33,152 nt of DNA from Ruminococcaceae bacterium UBA7135 (GTDB lineage Bacteria > Bacillota > Clostridia > Oscillospirales > Ruminococcaceae): the NCBI GenBank assembly GCA_002492075.1, contig DKXD01000171.1, positions 18,206-51,357 on the forward strand, written 5' to 3'. Below the pieces are notes generated by a model, which ran no database searches, was not told the DNA's origin, and saw only the letters and a list, made by a program, of their open reading frames with translations. Below are positions 24,554 through 33,075 of the stretch, in pieces (the first letter of the stretch is position 1; every line of letters begins with the position of its first letter). Both the position numbers and the translations under genes were made by a program.

Positions 24554-25536
24554 TAGAGAGTTTCAACGGCATATCCGTTTTCTTCAAGTATATCCAAAAT
24601 GCTCGGCGGCGCGGCATAGTGCATAGCTCCCACTACGACGAACGTTTTCCCGCCTGTTTTCAGCTTATTCATCACATACGCCGCCATTTTCTTCTGGCGG
24701 TTCGCGTACATTGCGTCGTAGTACTGCTCGTAATCCTTTTTCAGCGTTTCGGACATTTCATCTGTTTCGCCGTCCTCGCTCATAAGCGCTTTCAGTGCGT
24801 TTATGTCGCCGCTTTTCCACGCGTTGTACAGCGCGTCGAACTGTTCCTGCGTTTCCTCCGGGGTTAGCTCCAGCGTTTGATTGAGCGTCAGCGTTTGCAG
24901 TTCCGCCGAGCAGCTTGCCTCTGTTTCGTACTGTTCCTTTGCGGTCTCTATTTCATCGATTTTCTTTCCGCGCTCCTTGGCGTATGAGAGCAGCAGCATA
25001 TCCGTTCCAAGGTTTGCGTCGTACCCGCACTCCTCCGCCGCGCTGCTTGACCACAGCGAACTCCAGAACGCCGGTATGTAGCTTTCGTAGACCTGATTAT
25101 AAAGTCCCTTTTCGGAAAATGCTTTTACTATTCTATCATAGTCCGCCCCCATATAATCGCGGGCGGTTTTGCCGTTTTCGCACAGCAGCACGGACACAGC
25201 TTCGGTCATTTCGATATAATTCTCCTGAAACGCCTGCACATCGACTTCGACCGCCAGCGTTTCACACTCGTCCAGCGCGTCGCACATCTCCCGCGGGTAC
25301 GTCGCCTCGGGCTTTCCGACATGCATTGATCCCAGCATATACACCACCGCGCCCGTTTTCGCGTTTTCTACCTTAAAGAACGGCGGGTTTACCTCGAAAC
25401 TGTTTTCCGCCGAGGTGCTTGTAAGGTCAATTTTTGGCGCGTTTGATATCGGCTCGCTTGTCGGTTCGGTTTTTTTACAGCCTCCGAACAACATCATCGT
25501 AATCAGCGTGATAGCAACGATTATTCGCTTTTTCAT
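24553..25536 (-). CDS. TraB/GumN-family (Tiki-like metalloprotease fold) lipoprotein
   Basis: RBS GAAGGAG; lipobox LFGG-C; YMLGSMH, LAVEVD, GTDMLL, IETAKEQ, NRQKKM, FVVVGAMHY. Confidence 0.85.
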   Translation of the reverse strand: MKKRIIVAITLITMMLFGGCKKTEPTSEPISNAPKIDLTSTSAENSFEVNPPFFKVENAKTGAVVYMLGSMHVGKPEATYPREMCDALDECETLAVEVDVQAFQENYIEMTEAVSVLLCENGKTARDYMGADYDRIVKAFSEKGLYNQVYESYIPAFWSSLWSSSAAEECGYDANLGTDMLLLSYAKERGKKIDEIETAKEQYETEASCSAELQTLTLNQTLELTPEETQEQFDALYNAWKSGDINALKALMSEDGETDEMSETLKKDYEQYYDAMYANRQKKMAAYVMNKLKTGGKTFVVVGAMHYAAPPSILDILEENGYAVETL

Positions 25537-25575
25537 TTTTTACTCCTTCCGATTTTTAAGCAACGTTTGGTTTGC

Positions 25576-25926
25576 GGTCGCAGACCGCCGCCGTCAGGCG
25601 GCGCAGCGGCAAAGCCGCTGAAATTGCCGCCATCGGCGGCAATTTGTCTGCGACCATCCGCGCATTTCACACGTCCGCCCCGAACAAAGCCGAAGGCGGA
25701 GTGAGTGGGCGGCGGGCGAAATGCGCTTCCCCCGGGGAGCAGCGTTTCCCAACGGCTCGGGGGAAACGCTGCTCCGTACCCGAGGGCGATTTTTGTGGGA
25801 AGCACTCGCGCTTCGCGCTCGGCTGCGCCGCAAAAATCGCCGGGGCGGGGCACTCAAGTTCGCCGCACTTCGTGCGCACTGAGCCAAAACGCAGACTGCC
25901 GCCCGGGGCGAACTTTCGCGCCCCGC
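25576..25926. other. GC-rich, almost fully self-complementary intergenic element (palindromic repeat, non-autonomous element or ncRNA)
   Basis: About 66% GC (239/360 counted over 25561-25920); perfect four-way junction at 25576-25655, 15-bp hairpin at 25736-25775 and further nested stems to 25926. Confidence 0.65.
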
Positions 25927-25927
25927 T

Positions 25928-26713
25928 TCAAATGAGCTTATCGCGTTTCTTTTCTTCGCGCCGCCGACGGCGTTCAAGACGTTTGGCTTCGCGGGCGGCT
26001 TTCTCGGCAAGCTCCTCGGCGTGATCTTTAAGATATTTGCTGTACATATCTGGACGCTTTTGGCGTGTCATCTCCATGGCTTGCTCTGTTTGCCATTCGG
26101 CGACCTTTTTGTGGTCGCCGCAGAGCAGCACTTCGGGAACGGCGCGACCGCGCCAGATCTCGGGACGCGAGTATTGCGGAAATTCCAGAAGCCCGTTGTA
26201 GTGCGATTCTATGGAATACGCATCCTCGTTGGGAAGAACGCCTTTTTGAAGCCGCGCTACCGCATCGCAGACTATCAGCGCGGGAAGTTCCCCGCCCGTA
26301 AGAACATAGTCGCCGACCGAAAGTTCCTCGGCTTGCAGCTCGTCAAGAACGCGCTGGTCTACGCCCTCGTAGTGCCCGCAAAGCAGAATAAGCCCGTCAA
26401 GAGCGGCAAGCTCCCGTACCTTGCCTTGCGTGAGTACGGAGCCTTGCGGCGACATATAAATAACTCGCGGCGGCGTTATGTGCTGAGCCTTAATCGCTTG
26501 AATACAGTCGTATATCGGTTGAGCTTGCATAACAAGCCCTGTGCCGCCACCATAGGGCTTGTCGTCTACGTTGCGGTGGCGGTCTTCGGTGTAGAGCCTG
26601 ATGTTGTGCGTGTGTATCTCGATGAAGCCGTTTTTTATCCCGCGCCCTAAAATGCTCGTGTTAAGAACATTGTCGCACATATCGGGGAACAGCGTCGCAA
26701 TGTCTATTCTCAT
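25928..26713 (-). CDS. trmD: tRNA (guanine37-N1)-methyltransferase
   Basis: TLFPDM, VDDKPYGGGTG, CGHYEGVDQR, SVGDYVLTGGELPA, LLEFPQYSRP. Confidence 0.97.
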   Translation of the reverse strand: MRIDIATLFPDMCDNVLNTSILGRGIKNGFIEIHTHNIRLYTEDRHRNVDDKPYGGGTGLVMQAQPIYDCIQAIKAQHITPPRVIYMSPQGSVLTQGKVRELAALDGLILLCGHYEGVDQRVLDELQAEELSVGDYVLTGGELPALIVCDAVARLQKGVLPNEDAYSIESHYNGLLEFPQYSRPEIWRGRAVPEVLLCGDHKKVAEWQTEQAMEMTRQKRPDMYSKYLKDHAEELAEKAAREAKRLERRRRREEKKRDKLI

Positions 26714-26715
26714 GG

Positions 26716-27222
26716 TCAGACCTCGAATAAACCGTCAAGCGGAGTTATCAGTATCTCGCCGTTTTCAACGTCAATGCTTTTCACTACCTCGTCAATGCAC
26801 GGGAACATAAGCTCCCTGCCGTCGTCGCTTTTTAAAGCGTACACATCCGCCGCGCCGTTCTGAAATATCTCCGTGACCTTTCCGTAGACCTCGCCGGTTT
26901 CCGCGTCCTTAACGGTAAGCCCGATGATGTCTTGAATGAAGTATGTCTCCTCGGGAAGCTCCGCGTCCTCGCGGTCAAGGTAGAGCATTTTCCCGATGTA
27001 GGGCTGCGCGTCCTCAATGGAGTTTACGCCCCTAATCTTGATTATGACAATGTTTTTGTGAGGGAATGAGCGTTCTATATCAATTTTGCGTTTCTCTTTT
27101 CCGAGATACAGAACGTTAAATTCGCACAGCACGTCGGGCGAGTCGCAGTAGTATTGACAGCGCAGTTCTCCGCGTACCCCTTGAGTTGCCACTATCTTTG
27201 CTATTTCAAGATATTTTTTCAT
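26716..27222 (-). CDS. rimM: Ribosome maturation factor RimM
   Basis: IAKIVATQGVRGEL, YFIQDIIGLTV, GAADVY, PRC-barrel C-terminus; adjacent to trmD. Confidence 0.95.
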   Translation of the reverse strand: MKKYLEIAKIVATQGVRGELRCQYYCDSPDVLCEFNVLYLGKEKRKIDIERSFPHKNIVIIKIRGVNSIEDAQPYIGKMLYLDREDAELPEETYFIQDIIGLTVKDAETGEVYGKVTEIFQNGAADVYALKSDDGRELMFPCIDEVVKSIDVENGEILITPLDGLFEV

Positions 27223-27225
27223 AGA

Positions 27226-28665
27226 TCAGCCCTCGTTGTTTTTCCCAAGTTTTTTGTTCAAAACCGCTTCTACTGCCTGTACGCAACATTTGAAATTCAA
27301 AGCGGCTATCGCGATAAAGAACACCGCGTTCAGTACGTTTTGAAGAGTTCCGTATTCCAAGAACATAACAGAAAACGCCATTGAAAGCAGCAGCAATAGG
27401 TTTACGATGATCTTCGACCAATAGATTGTCATGTACAGATATTTTTTTGTGTCGATAATGCGGTAAATGAACACCACCACATAGCTTGCGAGAGTTGCGA
27501 TAGCCGCGCCTTCAATGCCGAGCTTTGTGGGAATAAGTATCAGGTTCAGGATTATGTTTACCGCCGCGCCTATACAGGAGGAGATCATTGCGTGAGAGGT
27601 TTTTCGAGCCGCCTCATAAATGCTTGATAAGAAGTTGTCCATGGCCTGAAAGATCGTCGCGAACAGCAGCGTGGGAACGTAAAAGAACGCGGATGAAAAC
27701 GATTCGTCTCCGAAAAACGGGATTATTATCGGGCGCAGTATCAGCATAATACCGCCGCACGTCAGGAACATCACCGTTTGCTGCATACTAAGTGTATTGG
27801 AATAGAAGATAGACGTTGTGCGCGAGTTGCGTTCGGTTATCGCGGTCATGCGCCACGCCTGCGCGAAGATCCCGACAACTATCGTCACAAGATTGGGGAA
27901 CTTGTACGCAAACGAGTAAATGCCGTTCGCCTCGGCGCTGATAAACCCCTCCACCATGTACATATCCGAGTTGTTTATGATAGCCCACATGATCATAGTG
28001 GGCATAAGCGGTATGGAGTACCGCAGCATGGAGTTGCGCAGCGTTTTGTCGTTGTTTATGGGACGGTATTGCGTGAATATCTTCGCCGTGAGATTAAGAA
28101 ACAGCATCGAGGTAACATCGCCTGCGATGACCGCCCATATATAACCGCTGACGCCCCACTTGAATACGCCGAGAAACAGCAGATTGAACAGTATCGTGGA
28201 TATCGTTGTGATAATTCCGTCCACGGCAAACAGCTTCACGCCGTTGGGTTCATAACGGCATCGCACATAGATTCCGCTTACTTCCTTTACAGAGCCCGTT
28301 ATGACGTATATGTACATCAGCCATTCATAGCCTTTAAGCATCGGAACCATTCCCACAAGCGGAACGAACAGCGCGAATATCGCGCACCCGATAAGGCACA
28401 CGTTTATTCCTGTGGAATATACCATTTTACCGTTGTTGTTCTTTTCAAGGGCAAAGCGAAGCACGCCGTCCGCTATGGACAGCGTAACCACCGATATAAG
28501 CAAGCCCGCCGTGGAAACGATAAGGTTCATCGTTCCAAAGCCCGCCTTGCCAAGTGTGCTTGTGTAGAAATTCAGCATTACATACACAAGCAGCTTCGAG
28601 CTGAATTGACCGATAGTCAGTATCAGCATATTGCCCGCAAGGGTGCGATATTTGTTTTTACCCAT
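27226..28665 (-). CDS. Wzx/RfbX-like oligosaccharide flippase (MOP superfamily)
   Basis: KYRTLAGNMLILTIGQFSSKLL, MLRYSIPLMP, ANGIYSFAYKFP, GAAVNIILNLILIP, GAAIATL; about 14 TM helices. Start uncertain (ATG 28665 vs GTG 28737). Confidence 0.85.
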   Translation of the reverse strand: MGKNKYRTLAGNMLILTIGQFSSKLLVYVMLNFYTSTLGKAGFGTMNLIVSTAGLLISVVTLSIADGVLRFALEKNNNGKMVYSTGINVCLIGCAIFALFVPLVGMVPMLKGYEWLMYIYVITGSVKEVSGIYVRCRYEPNGVKLFAVDGIITTISTILFNLLFLGVFKWGVSGYIWAVIAGDVTSMLFLNLTAKIFTQYRPINNDKTLRNSMLRYSIPLMPTMIMWAIINNSDMYMVEGFISAEANGIYSFAYKFPNLVTIVVGIFAQAWRMTAITERNSRTTSIFYSNTLSMQQTVMFLTCGGIMLILRPIIIPFFGDESFSSAFFYVPTLLFATIFQAMDNFLSSIYEAARKTSHAMISSCIGAAVNIILNLILIPTKLGIEGAAIATLASYVVVFIYRIIDTKKYLYMTIYWSKIIVNLLLLLSMAFSVMFLEYGTLQNVLNAVFFIAIAALNFKCCVQAVEAVLNKKLGKNNEG

Positions 28666-28749
28666 TAAGATACCCGTGTTTTTTGTCAGTGTTCGATCAA
28701 CGACAGGCAAAGCGTCGATTTTATCCCGCGCTCCCACGTTTGCATATTG

Positions 28750-29211
28750 TCAATCGGAATTGTTCCTTATTTCGGAGAAGAACGCCGTAAGCACCTCGCC
28801 GCACCGCTTTTCAAGAACCCGCGAGCGCACAAGCGGAACATGAGTGAACTTCTCGTCGAACAGCGTCACAACGGAAGCACACGCTCCGTTTTTTTCATCG
28901 AACGCGCCGTAAACAAGACGTTTAAGCCCTGAATTCATAACCGCGCCCGCGCACATGGGGCAGGGCTCCAGCGTCACATATAAGATGCAGTCCGTAAGCC
29001 GCCTGCTTTGAAGCCGTTTTGCCGCCTGTTCTATTGCGAGCATTTCCGCGTGCGCAATGGGCGATTGAAGCTCTTCTCGGCGGTTGTATCCCTCGCCGAT
29101 CACCTTGCCGTTTTTGTCCACAACGATTGCTCCGACGGGCACTTCCCCTAAAGAGGCTGCTTTTTCCGCCAGAGCAAGCGCTTTCTCCATATATTCTTCG
29201 TCAAGCGTCAT
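28750..29211 (-). CDS. tadA: tRNA adenosine(34) deaminase
   Basis: ATG overlaps the upstream TAA (TAATG); GEVPVGA, HAE, LYVTLEPCPMCAGA, LVYGAFDEKNGA. Confidence 0.92.
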   Translation of the reverse strand: MTLDEEYMEKALALAEKAASLGEVPVGAIVVDKNGKVIGEGYNRREELQSPIAHAEMLAIEQAAKRLQSRRLTDCILYVTLEPCPMCAGAVMNSGLKRLVYGAFDEKNGACASVVTLFDEKFTHVPLVRSRVLEKRCGEVLTAFFSEIRNNSD

Positions 29212-32183
29212 TACATTCTCCTGAAGAACTGAACGCCCAGCGTCAGTGCGCCCCATACTGTGTTGTAAAGCAGCAGCCAGAACACATTGAAAAGGTTGAA
29301 CTTTTTAAGCTGATCGCTGTCGCTTATCAGCGTAAAGACGATAAGTGCGATAATGGCGATAACAACGCCGATAAACTGCATAACGTTTCCTATGGCGGCG
29401 CGGTCGCGTATCGTTCTTGCGACAACGACGGAGTTCGACAGCGACGAGAACGAGCCGTCGCAGGTAACAGCTGCGCTGCCATCGGACACGAACTTCGTGT
29501 TTTCGTCAAACGTGTCGTGCATTTCAAACGGAAGTACTTTCACGCCCTCCTCGTCTATCCCGAATACACGCGCTATAACAGGCGTGGTTATCATTCCGTC
29601 CACAGTCTTTACGACCAGCGAGATGCCGCGGAACGCAAGCTCTCTTACGGAACGCCGTATTTCGGGATCCGCTGCGGGTCTTACGAAGAACAGCAGGCAG
29701 ACTTCTCCGCCCACCGCGAGATAAATTACCTCGTCGTTGTTTTTGTTAGCAGCGGCTTCCTTTTTGGTGTTTGGAACGGTTATCTCGTGCGCCTTCATGT
29801 GAGCGCGTGTTCCCAACAGAACTCTGCGCCTGTCTATCCAGCCCATAACGCCGAGATTATTTTCGTAAACGCACCCCGAAACGGGCTTTAAAAGCTCCTT
29901 TTTATAATTGAGTATGTGGAACAGCGCATCGGACATAACGCTGTCGGAAGCCATTGCAAGGCTTGCCGCGTAGATTATCGCCTCGTCAATGTTTATCTTG
30001 CCCTCGCCGCGGGTCTTGGGCGTATCATATCCGCAAATATTCACGATCTTTATCGCTTCCGCAGGGAAAAGCATTTTTGCGTTTACAAGAACGGCGTTTG
30101 TTTCACTCATTTCCTCGGCGGCGTTGTATCCCAGTATCGCGCAGCCGCGCTCTTTAGATTTGCGCGACGCAAGATATATCGGCAGCGTAACGGTCATAGA
30201 GCTTGAGAACGACGCAGATACCGCCAGTATCGCAGTGCTTACCGTAGCCACCCACGATTGTTTATTGCCCGTTATGTTGGATTTGCAGGTGAAGAACGCG
30301 ATAACGCCGCCCGCTATCGCAGCGGCAATCGCTATCGGAACGATCTTTCGCGATGTTCTGTCGGAGGAATCCTCACAATAGGCGGAAACTATAAAATCGC
30401 ACAGCATTTCCGTTTTGCGTATCGAGGCAATGGAGGGTATGCCCTCGACTGCTCCCTTTGCCAGCTGATCCGAGCCGCTGCCCTCACAGCGTTCGATAAA
30501 GTATTTGGACTTCGAGCCGAAAACAAATTCAAAGTTCTTTTGCGCCGCTTTTACGGTAAGCAGTTTGGATAATGTGTTGAATATCAGAGCGGAAAGGGAT
30601 ATCGCAAGATAGATCTGCGAGAAACCACGCTGAATATAGTCGCTTGAAGCGAGGTGCGGAATAGCCGCGACAAGCGCGCCCGAATGAGCCAGCGCGCACA
30701 GCGTGTCTCCGTCGGGGCGCAGCTTGAACAGCCGCGTAAAGCCGTTAGAGAGCACAGATGAACACGAAAGGAACGAGAATATCCCTATTCCGAGGTGAAT
30801 ATAAAGGTAGGTTTCGGGATTGCTTATCATATTTCCAAGCCGACCGATATTCGGCTTGAATATATATACCGCGCCGACAAAAACGCTTGCCGCCAGCAGC
30901 ACCACTAATATGATAAGTCTGCCCCAAAGACCTTTTGACGCGCGGCGGAGTCTGTCGCATATGACCTCTTCGTCGTTGAGATCTACGGGCGTTTCGTCTT
31001 CTTCTTCCTCGGCTTCATATTCCGTATCCGCATCTTCGTTTTTTTCGGATATCTTGTCGGTCTCTTCTGTGTCGCTTTGACCTTCAATAATAAAATCCGC
31101 CAGCTTGCGCTTTTTCTTTTTGGCAAGCTCGTTTGCCTGTTTTATTCTTTCAAGCTCGTCGTTTTCCTCAAGCTTGATCTCTTCCGCCGTATTCGGCGGG
31201 GCGATATTCAGATCCTCGGAGCTTGGAAGATCGCTGCTTTGTTCGTTTATTTTCTTGTTCAAAGCGTCGATTATGCTCTCGCCGACGTGCAGTTCTCCGG
31301 TGAACGGCGCTTGCCGAGCGGCTGCTTTTTCCTCGTCGGCACGCCCGCGTCTGCGGGAAACGGACGGTGTGTATTCTTTGATATGCTCTTCGCCCTTACC
31401 GAGCCTTTTAAGGTCGTTTCCGCTTACCGTCAAGGTGTCTGTGTCTTCGTCGGCTATAAGCTCCGCGGCGGCTTTTTCACGAGTTTCCATGGGATTCAGC
31501 GAATCGAGGATGTCGTTCGGATTTTCGGATTCGCTGTCCAGTTTCAGCAGTGCGCTTTGAAATTCTTCAAGCTTTTTTTGGCGGCGCATTTCCATAGTTT
31601 CCGTCGGAACGAATGTTTTTGCGTCGTGCAGCTCTATCTCATTGCTGTCGTTGCTGTCATCATCATTGGAGGCATACTCGTATTCGTCGCCGTTATCGGG
31701 CGAATAGGTCTTTATATCGTTGTCCTCTTCTTCCTCATACGAAGCGGAAAGATCCTCCCAACGCTTCATATCGGCGGCGTTTGCAATATCCCTTGAAATG
31801 CGCGCGTTTACCTCGTCCTCGGTGCGCTGCTTCGCGGCGAACTCCTTTACATCGTCGTCGGGCTCGGGAGCGGCGCTCCGCTTGTTTTCCGCGGCTTTGG
31901 CGATATCTCTTGCGATACGCGCTTCGACCTCGCTGTCGGTGCGCTGCTTTGCGCTCCTTACCGCCTCGCGTTGCCTGCCGGAGCCGATAGAGTCTATGAC
32001 CTCGGTAACGCTGAGATCGGGCTTTTTCTGCTGCTTTCCCGATCTTATCAGCTTGTCTATTTCGTCGCCGCCGCCGATTATATCCGTTACGCTTTCGTTA
32101 TGCGTTTTTTTCTTTGACTTTCCGACGCGGGCGGTATCTATTTCTTTAAGAATGTCGTCTATACTGTATTTTTCGTCAGCCAT
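29211..32183 (-). CDS. 990-aa membrane protein: ~400-aa acidic low-complexity N-terminus plus degenerate P1B-type ATPase-like body
   Basis: RBS AAAGGAG; 8 hydrophobic segments in P1B order (6+2); N/P-domain-like segments GCAILGYNAAEEMSETNAVLVN, GVMGWIDRRRVLLG, VIYLAVGGEV, RGISLVVKTVD; catalytic motifs absent. Confidence 0.7.
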   Translation of the reverse strand: MADEKYSIDDILKEIDTARVGKSKKKTHNESVTDIIGGGDEIDKLIRSGKQQKKPDLSVTEVIDSIGSGRQREAVRSAKQRTDSEVEARIARDIAKAAENKRSAAPEPDDDVKEFAAKQRTEDEVNARISRDIANAADMKRWEDLSASYEEEEDNDIKTYSPDNGDEYEYASNDDDSNDSNEIELHDAKTFVPTETMEMRRQKKLEEFQSALLKLDSESENPNDILDSLNPMETREKAAAELIADEDTDTLTVSGNDLKRLGKGEEHIKEYTPSVSRRRGRADEEKAAARQAPFTGELHVGESIIDALNKKINEQSSDLPSSEDLNIAPPNTAEEIKLEENDELERIKQANELAKKKKRKLADFIIEGQSDTEETDKISEKNEDADTEYEAEEEEDETPVDLNDEEVICDRLRRASKGLWGRLIILVVLLAASVFVGAVYIFKPNIGRLGNMISNPETYLYIHLGIGIFSFLSCSSVLSNGFTRLFKLRPDGDTLCALAHSGALVAAIPHLASSDYIQRGFSQIYLAISLSALIFNTLSKLLTVKAAQKNFEFVFGSKSKYFIERCEGSGSDQLAKGAVEGIPSIASIRKTEMLCDFIVSAYCEDSSDRTSRKIVPIAIAAAIAGGVIAFFTCKSNITGNKQSWVATVSTAILAVSASFSSSMTVTLPIYLASRKSKERGCAILGYNAAEEMSETNAVLVNAKMLFPAEAIKIVNICGYDTPKTRGEGKINIDEAIIYAASLAMASDSVMSDALFHILNYKKELLKPVSGCVYENNLGVMGWIDRRRVLLGTRAHMKAHEITVPNTKKEAAANKNNDEVIYLAVGGEVCLLFFVRPAADPEIRRSVRELAFRGISLVVKTVDGMITTPVIARVFGIDEEGVKVLPFEMHDTFDENTKFVSDGSAAVTCDGSFSSLSNSVVVARTIRDRAAIGNVMQFIGVVIAIIALIVFTLISDSDQLKKFNLFNVFWLLLYNTVWGALTLGVQFFRRM
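31761..31952 (-). repeat. Internal 25-aa direct repeat (117-bp period) in the 990-aa protein
   Basis: AKQRTDSEVEARIARDIAKAAENKR (31878-31952) and AKQRTEDEVNARISRDIANAADMKR (31761-31835). Confidence 0.85.
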
Positions 32184-32219
32184 TTTGATCTCCTTTTATT
32201 TGAATGCCATGCTGTTGGT

Positions 32220-32954
32220 TTATTTGCCGCGCTGCCTTACTATCTCATACATCAATATCCCCGCTGAAACGGACGCGTTCAGCGAATTGACCTTGCCGTT
32301 CATCGGCAGACTTACCACCGCGTCGCAGCTCTCGCGAACAAGCCGCCCCAGCCCGAAGCCCTCCGAGCCGACGACTATCGCCGTGCCGCCCGTAAAGTCC
32401 GTTTTATCGTAGGGCTCGCCGTCCGCTTCCATTCCGTACACCCAGATGTTACGCTTTTTAAGAGCCTTAATCGTGTCGACAAGATTGGATACTCTCGCTA
32501 CCTTTACCCAAGCCGCCGCCCCCGAGCTTGTTTTGAATACCGTGGAGTTCAGCGATGCGGAGCGCCGTTTCGGAATGATAACGCCGTCTGCGCCCGCCGC
32601 TTCCGCGCTTCGTATTATCGCGCCGAGATTGTGCGGGTCGGCTATCTCGTCGGCTATGATTATAAACGGCGGAGTGCCTTTTTGCTCTGAGACAGCCAGA
32701 ATGTCGTCAAGCTCAGCGTATTCCGCTGCGCAAAGTTCCGCCGCGACGCCGCCGTGCTTTGGGGTTCCGCACATAGCCGAAAGCTTTTCCGCGCTTACGT
32801 CTTTCACGACTATCCCGCGTTTTTTCGCCGCGGGAACTATTCCGCCGAACTGAACGCCCTTTTGCACGAAAAGCGTGTCGATCTCTTTGTCGGAGTTCAG
32901 CGCCTCCAAAACGGAATTTCTTCCGTATATTATCTGCCTTTCAATATTATCCAT
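32220..32954 (-). CDS. rlmB: 23S rRNA (Gm2251) 2'-O-methyltransferase, TrmH/SpoU family
   Basis: IYGRNSVLEAL, HGGVAA, DPHNLGAIIRSAEAAG, GSEGFGL, SLNASVSAGILMYE. Start either ATG 32954 (weak RBS) or 32987 (leaderless). Confidence 0.9.
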   Translation of the reverse strand: MDNIERQIIYGRNSVLEALNSDKEIDTLFVQKGVQFGGIVPAAKKRGIVVKDVSAEKLSAMCGTPKHGGVAAELCAAEYAELDDILAVSEQKGTPPFIIIADEIADPHNLGAIIRSAEAAGADGVIIPKRRSASLNSTVFKTSSGAAAWVKVARVSNLVDTIKALKKRNIWVYGMEADGEPYDKTDFTGGTAIVVGSEGFGLGRLVRESCDAVVSLPMNGKVNSLNASVSAGILMYEIVRQRGK

Positions 32955-32992
32955 ACGCTCTTCTTTCTTAAAGTTATACTCATACATTATCT

Positions 32993-33021
32993 ATTATACC
33001 ATATATCGAAAATTATTTCAA
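32993..33021 (-). promoter_or_regulatory. SigA promoter of the rlmB operon
   Basis: Minus strand TTGAAA (33021-33016), 17 bp, TGg-TATAAT (32998-32993). Confidence 0.8.
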
Positions 33022-33075
33022 CCGAAAACATATGTGCAAATGTGAAAATTTCGCAAAAAATATTGAGGTTTACCG

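Noticed and set aside
24553-25536. TraB/GumN gene as evidence of a conjugative element
   Set aside because: The family name is historical; no relaxase, T4SS, integrase or att-like repeats are seen in the window.
25579-25656. tRNA gene (cloverleaf with a 7-bp stem followed by ACCA)
   Set aside because: Loops are 3-4 nt, with no D-loop GG, 7-nt anticodon loop or TTCRA T-loop, and the CC pairs in a longer 10-bp stem; the CCA is probably coincidental.
25533-26024. Four overlapping ORFs of 70-150 aa across the GC-rich element
   Set aside because: No clear RBS or recognisable motifs, Arg/Ala/Pro-rich composition; stop codons are simply rare in 66% GC palindromic DNA.
29211-32183. Functional heavy-metal-translocating ATPase (copA/zntA) or a pseudogene
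   Set aside because: All catalytic and metal-binding motifs are missing, so it is not an active pump; the ORF is unbroken with a strong RBS and coupling to tadA, so it is not an evident pseudogene.
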